Assembly (NCBI GenBank): GCA_964019335.1
Contig: OZ025675.1
Coordinates: 434,001 to 498,000 of the forward strand
DNA: 64,000 bases
Origin: Diplonema japonicum
Taxonomy: Eukaryota > Protista > Euglenozoa: Diplonemea
Reading direction: 5' to 3'
Part shown: piece after piece, positions 56,193 to 64,000 of the stretch
Layout: every line of letters starts with the position of its first letter
Numbering within the stretch: the stretch's first letter is position 1
The notes under the pieces: model-generated
Databases searched by the model: none
What the model was told of the DNA's origin: nothing
Seen by the model: the letters and a program-made list of their open reading frames with translations, nothing else
Translations under genes and position numbers: made by a program

Positions 56193-57910
56193 CTCGCGCG
56201 AAGTCCAGTAAAGGAAAAAGGAAAATCAGATTGTTAACCGTTTGGTACTAACCAATTAAAGGCAGCTTTTACAAAGACCAGCCAAGAGTCAACGCCACGT
56301 GGGTGTAAGTGTTATAAAGGAATGGAAAAAAAAAAAAGACAAAAAGCGTTTAGCCGCGTTCCCAGAAAAGCATGGTGTGCGGTTGATTAAAAAAAAGAAG
56401 AAAGAAGGTAGAGGGGCAAGACGAACAGTCTATGCACACAAAGACGTAAGCTCTATTCCTTACAACAGGCTCTCTCTCATGGTCGCCTCCATGACGGTGA
56501 TCTGATACACGTTGACGGCATAGCTGTAGCCGGGGACTTGGTTGATGCTAAGCTTTTGAAGATGGAGGCCTTCCATGTTGGTGGCTGCTGGTGAACCGTA
56601 GAGGCAGTAGATCTCCCTAAGAGGTGTTTAAGAATTATGCCATAAAAAAAACAAAAAGAACAAAAACAGCATTAAGAAAAAAAGAAAAAAAGAAAAGAGC
56701 GGGGAAGATAGTTTATACTTTTTTTTCATTCATATTCTTCTTCTTTTCTTTTAAGAAAGCCCGAGACTGCCGGACGCTAAATTCAAATGTGTCGTACACA
56801 AGATGAAGGGAATGGGGGGTTTTGTTTTTGAGTGTTTTTTTTTTTTTTTTTTTTTTTTTTTTTGGGATGCGCATTAAAATACTTTTTTTTTTTTTTAATG
56901 TTAGTGTAGACAGCCGTCCTTAAGGGACGGGCACGAACTCCTCGTGGGGGTACGTGACGGCTGTCAGCTGAGCCTGGAGCTTCTGATCGAACTCGTTTAG
57001 AATGATCAAAATATTGCTTTTTTCCCCTCTTCATACATAAAAATAAAATAAAAAAGTATTGCGCGACTTAAGGAAAAACTGTTACTGTGAAACGAAACTC
57101 CCGTCCGTGGATAGGAGGGTCCAAGATATCTGTCCCTGGGAGAAGCTAGACGCTCTCTCAGTTCATCTGGTCACCCAAGTACCTTTCTTGTTTTTACAGC
57201 AAATCAGATATTTTTGTGTTTGAAAAAAGAAACCTTAGTTTAAAGTTAGTTAGTTTACGTATTCACATCACAGTTCTAGGCATAAAAAAAACCATACAAA
57301 AAAAAGGAAAATAAGAGAAGGAAAGAAAGCAAACTGAGTTTTAGAAAAGAAAGTACATGCCTTTCTTCGGCTCCGAAGAAAGAAATGCAATTGGTGTCAA
57401 ATCTACAAGGAAAAAGAAAAAAAAAAGAGAGCTTTCGATGTAACCCCAAGCAGGACACGACGGCTATAGTAGGTGTCTTGTCTTTTTTTTTTAATTGTAA
57501 TGTAAACTAAAGCCACATTCGGGTCCATTCTGGTTGATCACTGAAATCGTTGGCAAAGAGAGAGAGAGAGAGAGAAAGAAGGAAAGCAAAGGAACAAACC
57601 TTTGCCAACTACTACTGAAAGCTTGCGCTTCGCTGCTCTCATGTGTCATAATGCCTCTGTTGGCATACACATAGAGAGGTGCTAGTATTGAGATGGAAAG
57701 GGGGAAAAGAAAAAGTCGGATGATCGTTGATTTTGAGCCGCAACCGGGGAATTAACCCGTGGAAGGATAAGCCCAACCAATGCCACCCACACTACTCTAT
57801 AACATTTTACTATCAAAAAAAAAAAAAAAACTGAGCACAACGACTACTAGAGCAAACTGGGAAAAAAGAGCATATAAATTCTCAAAAGAACGAATTATTC
57901 TACACGGTGA

Positions 57911-59803
57911 TCAATACACCTGCCGCCATCTGACGACAGGGGTCTGCTTCTCGATCATTTCACACAGGGCAGCAGACAAAGGCTCGTTGGTGTAGCTCTT
58001 GAGCAGTTCACTTGCCTCGGTCTTTGCCCCACCTTCTTCAAAGCAGTCTCCTTGCAAATATAGCTTCGCAGCGTCATTGTACTTCATCCAGTGCTTCGCC
58101 ACCGACTCCTCCAGTGCGTACATCCACTCCTGGTCCAGTTGTTGGCTCTGTGGCTTTGCCCTGGCGCTGCTTCGTGTCTGTGGGAGCTGCCCGCTGACAC
58201 TTGACGTCAAGCCAGGAGCATCAATGCTTCTTGGCGGTGGCGACATCGCACTTTCATCCGGAGAAAACGGTGGCGTTACGATGCCAGCATCAATTACCAC
58301 TGCCTCCCACAGAATGGCTTCCTTCTCTTGAGCATGCTTCACAAAGGTGACCGCCTTGAGGATGATGCGCATCTCCAGCATGACAGAGGCGTCCATGTAG
58401 GCAGCAGTGTTGCACACAACCCCAATGCCCCACTCCGCACCGAGCCTTTCGTACACAGATGACAGGACAGATGCGTGCCCGAGAATGCTGAACCGCCTCA
58501 CCTCGTTGTTCCCAAGGTCCCCAACCAGAACCTTCCCACCGCACACGGCCACGTTCACTTCCATTCCCTTATCAAGCTTTCCTTGTCTCAGTGTGGTTGC
58601 TGTCTTCACCGCTGCCACTGCGTGTTGCATGCAGCGTTTTGAAGCGTTGAACGAGGCGTGCACGTGGTCCCCGACGAACAGGTCCAGCATCCCCTTCTGT
58701 GCACGAACAGCGTGCAGTGCGAACCCGATCACCTTCGCGTGGAGGCGGCTGAACTCTAAAGGTTGTTCCTCAGCAGCTGCGATCGAGTTCTTCATGTTCA
58801 TCACCAGCACTGTGGCGCGCACGTGCGCGAGTGCATGCTGCGTGAACCCCTTCTTCGACGACGTGTCCGACTTCACAGACGTGGAGCCCACAGGCGACTC
58901 AGAGCGTGCATTGGAAGGTGTACGCGTCAGGAAGCTCTCGTCATCGGAGCTCCCGATGTCGCTCCCTCCACGAAGACAGGACTGCGGGAGGTAAGGTTTA
59001 TACGACCGGAGGTTCACAAGAATGGTGTGAAGCGCTTCGTGAAGTCTTTCAGGGAGGTCTTCCTTCGAAAGGTCGAGGTGGGCGTCTGCCTCTTCAAGCT
59101 TGAACCCTGCAAGGAAGGAGGCCACGTCGCGTGCTGCAAGAACACCCAGTTCCAATTTCTGTTTTTCAGCGAGAACCTCATCAGCGAAGCCTCTTGTGAA
59201 GTAGAAGTCAAGGAGGAAGACAGCTAAGTTGAGGACGAGCGTTAAACTGGTACTAAAAAAGTTCCTATCACAAGGCATTGTCTCGCACTTGCAGCTGTTC
59301 TCGTAGCGGTAGTCGTGGTCACCGTTGAAATTGGGGCCACCGATGTCGAGGAGGCCAAAGCGGGTGACCTGCTCTGCGGCTGTGACAGCTAACCAGAGGC
59401 AGAGGGTGATGATGACGATGATGGAGGACCTTGACCGGATCCTGCACACGAGGAACACATCGATGACCAATATAGCAATGGGCCATATCCTAGGGAGCAT
59501 GGCACCCATATTGTTCAAATCAGTCAAGAGTACTGATATCACATCAGCGCACCCCACAAGCTCTATGAAGGTGTCAGAGGGCCGCTTTGTGATGAACAGC
59601 CAGAGCATCGCCAAGATATTGACAATAGTGCACATAAAGGTCGCAATCCTCCCTGCCGTGAAGTTCGTGACAAGTGTCCCAGTCCCGCTCAGGACCAACG
59701 GAATCAAGAAGAACCAAATAAGTACCCTCTTCCTAGTAGCTGTTACTTCGTCATCACCTGGAAGGATGATCTTGCTGACCAGCCACTCATGTATACACCA
59801 CAT
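57911..59803 (-). CDS. family A copy A7
   Basis: ATG at 59803 (MWCIHEW) aligns with paralog starts (MWSLHKW). Confidence 0.88.
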   Translation of the reverse strand: MWCIHEWLVSKIILPGDDEVTATRKRVLIWFFLIPLVLSGTGTLVTNFTAGRIATFMCTIVNILAMLWLFITKRPSDTFIELVGCADVISVLLTDLNNMGAMLPRIWPIAILVIDVFLVCRIRSRSSIIVIITLCLWLAVTAAEQVTRFGLLDIGGPNFNGDHDYRYENSCKCETMPCDRNFFSTSLTLVLNLAVFLLDFYFTRGFADEVLAEKQKLELGVLAARDVASFLAGFKLEEADAHLDLSKEDLPERLHEALHTILVNLRSYKPYLPQSCLRGGSDIGSSDDESFLTRTPSNARSESPVGSTSVKSDTSSKKGFTQHALAHVRATVLVMNMKNSIAAAEEQPLEFSRLHAKVIGFALHAVRAQKGMLDLFVGDHVHASFNASKRCMQHAVAAVKTATTLRQGKLDKGMEVNVAVCGGKVLVGDLGNNEVRRFSILGHASVLSSVYERLGAEWGIGVVCNTAAYMDASVMLEMRIILKAVTFVKHAQEKEAILWEAVVIDAGIVTPPFSPDESAMSPPPRSIDAPGLTSSVSGQLPQTRSSARAKPQSQQLDQEWMYALEESVAKHWMKYNDAAKLYLQGDCFEEGGAKTEASELLKSYTNEPLSAALCEMIEKQTPVVRWRQVY

Positions 59804-60005
59804 TATTTCTTTTGCCCCCTCTCCCCCTTTTATAGTGTGAGAAACATGATGATCTACCAAAGGAAGAAATGTTTCCAAGATGCACAAAAAAGGTGTTTTT
59901 CCACTCTTCGTAGAAAGTGACAGCCTACCCTATGAGACGTGAAAACGCCTGCATCACTACATGGCTCGCCGACTATGCAAAAAAACGTAAACTAAAGGGA
60001 ACTCT

Positions 60006-61708
60006 TTAGTGGTGTCTCCGATGTTGCTGGACTGGGATCTGGTTTGCTACATAACGCGAAACAACACCTGCAAGAGGCTCGTTGTCATACGATGCCAGCA
60101 AACCTTGGGCTGCTTGCTCCATCTTGCTATCGTAAAGGCATTTCCCTTGCAGGTACAGCTTCGCTGCCTCATTGTACTTCGTCCAGTACCCAGCCTTAGA
60201 CTCATCAAGAACGTACATCCACTCCCCTCCATCGCCACCATCGCCACCCACATCCTTCTGGTCTAATTCTTGATCGTTGCCCACAATGACTTCCCACAGT
60301 ATAGCTTGTTGATCTTTGTTCTGCTTCACAAAGGTGACCGCCTTGAGGATGATTTGTATCTCATGAGTCATGGAAGCGTCCACATAAACAGCAGTGTTGC
60401 ACACAACCCCAATGCCCCACTCCGCACCGAGCCTCTCGTACACAGATGTCAGAACCGCTGCGTGTCCCATGATGCTGAACCGCTTCACCTCATTGTTTCC
60501 AAGGTCCCCAGCCAGAACCTTCCCACCGCACAATGCTATGTTTAATTCTGTGCCTTTTACATCACATTTACGTAAGTTCTTCGCTGCAATAACACCTCCC
60601 ACTGCGTGTTGGACGCACCTCCTTGACGCGTTGAACGAGGCGTGCACGTGGTCCCCGACGAACAGGTCCAGCATCCCCTTCTGTGCACGAACAGCGTGCA
60701 GTGCGAACCCGATCACCTTCGCGTGGAGGCGGCTGAACTCCACGTGATTCACCTCCGCTGCTGCGATAGAGTTCTTCATGTTCATCACCAGCATGGTGGC
60801 AAATGCGTATGAAAGTGGTTGTGCAAGCACTGCGTGTATCAACTCCGAGGACGATGCTGCCATCAGGGACGAGTGTTGTGAGCTTTTCTTTGAAGTGACA
60901 TCGTATTCGAGGGACTCAGTGTCCTCCTGCAGACAGGACTGCGGGAGGTAAGGTTTATAAGACCGGAGGTTCACAAGAATGGTGTGAAGCGCTTCGTGAA
61001 GTCTTTCAGGGAGGTCTTCCTTCGAAAGGTCGAGGTGGGCGTCTGCCTCTTCAAGCTTGTCGCGTGCTGCAAGAACACCCAGTTCCAACTTCCGTTTTTC
61101 AGCGAGAACCTCTTCAGCAAAACCCCTTGTGAAGTAGAAGTCAAGGAGGAAGATCATCGTGATTATAGCGAGGACCATCCCTGTGGCTGTTGTGTTTCTA
61201 CGACAAGGCATGTTGGTGCATGAGCACAGTTGCTCGTAGCGGGAGTCGTGGTCACCGTTGAAGCTCACTGGGGCCGATGTCGAGGAGGCCGAAGCGGAAA
61301 GCAGTCTCAAGAGAAGTGATAAAGAGCCACAGGGTGATGATTGACTCTGCAAACGAGGAACACATCGACGACCAGCACAGCAAGCGGCCACATCCTGGGC
61401 AGCATGGCACCCATGGTGTTGTAGTCAGTCAAGATGACGGACACTAATTGGCAGTACCCCACAAGCTCTATGAAGGTGTCGGAGGGCTTCTTGTTCACAA
61501 ACAGCCACACTAGCCCAGCACCACTGTACACAACCACAAAGTAGATTGAGATGCGTGGAAGTGTGAGCGCAGCGTATGTAACAACTATTCTTGACAGAAT
61601 GAAACCAATCGCTGAGTACCACAGAAGAACCTTCTTGCGCTTGACCATCACCTCATCGTCGTCGGGGAGGGCGAGCTTGCTGAGAAGCTCTTTGTGCAGC
61701 GCCCACAT
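60006..61708 (-). pseudogene. family A copy A8, frameshifted
   Basis: Relative to A6: 29-bp deletion at ~61345, +1 insertion at ~61264, 24-bp in-frame deletion at ~61059; premature stop at 61307. Confidence 0.82.
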
Positions 61709-61994
61709 CCCCCCCCCCTTTTTTTTCTTTTTAAAAATACATTCCTGATTCTTAAAAAATGAAAGAGATGTTGAAATTCCGTGCTCACGCACCGGCAGGG
61801 ACATCAACAAGCAGAAAGGGTGAATCTCAAGTGCGAAGGACGATTACCCGCTGACGCATTCTCGAAATAGGCCTAAAGGTACATAAACTAAAAGGAATAA
61901 TTTGAACTTTCGTTTTAGTTCTTTCGCTCGATAAAAGAAGCGCGAGAAAAAAAAAAAAGAAGAAAACAATGTACAACCTAATAAAGTAGAATTG

Positions 61995-62528
61995 CTGTAA
62001 AACGAATAATGTCGGGCGGGAAAACTCCTAGGCACCAAGAAAACCCGGACATTTTTCCGTCCGGGAGCTTTTCTAGAGAAGAAATCTTTTTACATATGGG
62101 GGGTAGCAGCTCCTGCTTTTTTTTCCATGCAGACTCGTATGCAGAGCCAAAATGTTTACCCTGCGTGGCTGTTTGATTCCCCCCCCCCCCCCCTTTGCAC
62201 CAACAAACAGCACACAGGATCTTTAACTTTCTTCAATCTCATGACCAGTTCGACTGCGTTGAGCAGCTGGCTTGTGAGGCGCCCAGCTTTGGTTGCTGAC
62301 ACTCGGCCAGCTCACCCCCCGAGAGGTGGAGGAGATAAACTCCTTACACCAGGCCCCGAAAGCAGCTCCAGCTCCGAAGGATGCTAAAGCCCGTCGCGGC
62401 GGCCAGGGTGTGGTATCGCGTGGAGGAGGTGGAAATAGAAAAGTCCAGTATTTCCGACTAGAAAAAAAAAACCTTGGGGGCTCTGTTGGATCGGGGCATT
62501 TTCCCGTCAGGGAGTTTTCGTTTTACAG
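61995..62528. mobile_element. MITE-like element with CTGTAAAACGAA TIRs
   Basis: CTGTAAAACGAA / TTCGTTTTACAG; internal CGGGA motifs. Confidence 0.55.
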
Positions 62529-62981
62529 TATTCTTTTTTTAAATCAGTGCAAAAATATTTGTGCTTTTTTTTGTATTTTGTTGTGCCGAATACTTAATTT
62601 CTTCCTCGAAAAAAGGAGACACAAGTTTTTTTTCCCGTGACACCTTTCTTCTAGAGACGATAACAGGTGAACTATACGTCAATATAAAAGACTATTCTTT
62701 TAGGTATGCAAAGAAGAAGAAGAGAAGAGAAAAAAAAAAAAACTAAACTTTAAAAACTAGTTTGTCTTGGCCCCTGGGGCCTTGTAGGCGCTATTTAACC
62801 TGTCACATCCTGCATTCAAAAACATGCGAAAAGACTCTTCTTTTTTCTTTCCTGACCCATCCCCCCCAGGCTAGGAAACAGGAAGTGAAAGGGAATTGCA
62901 TAGTTCTAAAGGAAAGAAAACTCAAAGTACAGGACAAGCCCCCCGCTAGAGGGCCGCCCTATGGGAGGGGGGAAGAAAATA

Positions 62982-63006
62982 AATTCACTATGATAGGAAC
63001 GAAGTG
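62982..63006 (-). mobile_element. partial 39-nt micro-retroposon
   Basis: AATTCACTATGATAGGAACGAAGTG. Confidence 0.65.
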
Positions 63007-63057
63007 CTCCCCTTTTGGGGTCGAATAAAACTCATAGTAAAAGAAAATCCCACTTAA

Positions 63058-64000
63058 CCATCTACCAACGGACCATTTTTGCCCACCAGGGGGTAAATTT
63101 TCAAAACTTCAAAAAAAGCTATTCTAGCGCAACGCTGGGGCTATATGCCCCCGGAAATGCCTCCAGATGTCCCAATTCTAGAGAGAGGGTGCCCACAGCA
63201 GGGTCCACCCCCACAACATTGTCAAAAATATCGTTCCTGAAGTGCCCGAGAGGGGGTACAAAAAACAAGTCAAAAAAAATCGACTGTAAAATTCTATAAA
63301 AAGCTATTTAAGGCCTTCTTGACGCGGTTCGTATGTGCCCCAGGGCTGGGGGACTTCTTTTTTGACCCCGGGAGGGGTTTCTGGGGGGTATCCCCGGCAA
63401 GGTGGTAGTCTTTGAAGCACGGAGTCACACAAAGTTGTACCAAGCAGGCTGAACACTGAAATAGGGGTCTTTTCGACTTGCAATGCTTGCACCGCACGTT
63501 GCACTACTTTTTCGGGGAAATGGTCCCAGAAGGTACTGTCACGGCGCATTGGGGTCTCAGAGCACTCGTTCTGTGTTTCGGGGCATGGTATTGGGGCAGC
63601 CTGCTCTGTAGTTGACTTTATCTGTTGTTTAGACTGCCTCCCTAGTAGCCCTTCGATGACTGCCTCTTTGAAAGGCGTAAATCCACTGTCGTTCGTACTC
63701 AGGGCGTTAGGGGGCAAGGCTTCTTTCCAAACACGCCAAGCATTCGCCAGAGATTTACCTAACAAGTACAAAAATACTTTTAGGGGCCACTTTTAAGTCA
63801 TAAGGGTGCGTTTATGGCGTTTTGTCACAGCATCACCCAGCGTCGGTTCCGCCCATTGTGGTGTTGTAAATATGCGCGGGATGTCCTTTCCGGCTTTCAT
63901 TCTCTTTTGGCCGACACGTCAAATTCGACTTCACCGGAACATCCAACGTCGATAGAAAGCACACAGGCATGATGTCATGCCACGTTGTGTTGCAAAGGAT
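63058..64000 (-). mobile_element. piggyBac-like copy, runs off the window
   Basis: TTAA at 63054-63057 then CCATCTACCAACG; near-identical reverse complement of ~1718-2660. Confidence 0.92.

Noticed and set aside
59804-59887. N-terminal ORF extensions of A7 (to 59887), A2 (to 37259) and A8 (to 61810)
   Set aside because: They start at non-ATG codons and run through purine/homopolymer leaders; paralogs align at the downstream ATG.
7261-63006. 39-nt repeat as a CRISPR repeat or spliced leader
   Set aside because: Copies are dispersed with no regular spacers and no cas genes. The length equals a kinetoplastid SL, but it lacks the AAC(T/C)AACG..CAGTTTCTGTACT..TTG pattern in either orientation.
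909-64000. Inverted piggyBac copies forming a composite transposon around the whole array
   Set aside because: The outer ends would both be left ends, and the second copy runs off the window; independent insertions are simpler.

Overview
Eukaryotic, repeat-rich DNA with no prokaryotic hallmarks. Intronless, same-strand gene arrays and EWMY-type cyclase-like proteins suggest a euglenozoan-like protist; this is inference, not identification. The window holds 10 intact genes and 1 pseudogene, all on the minus strand, from two receptor families with degenerate class III nucleotide-cyclase domains. Family A has ~6 TM helices plus a Cys loop (8 copies). Family B is TM-dCache-like-TM-HAMP (3 copies). 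Both lack most catalytic residues, and the copies are mosaics of swapped sensor and signalling halves. Intergenic DNA is A/T homopolymer tracts packed with mobile elements: deleted piggyBacs (TTAA TSD), two Sola-like elements (ATAT TSD), Crypton-like tyrosine-recombinase elements, MITEs and many retroposon pieces. The most unusual signal is the retroposon set. It includes LINE 3' ends, a ~320-bp SINE-like element (one copy with a 131-bp target duplication) and a 39-nt unit shown to be mobile by a filled/empty site pair and 7-8 bp TSDs. Nearly all copies are co-oriented and have T-rich rather than poly(A) 3' junctions, suggesting reverse transcription primed from A-tracts. All family assignments are from motifs read by eye; no database searches were run.
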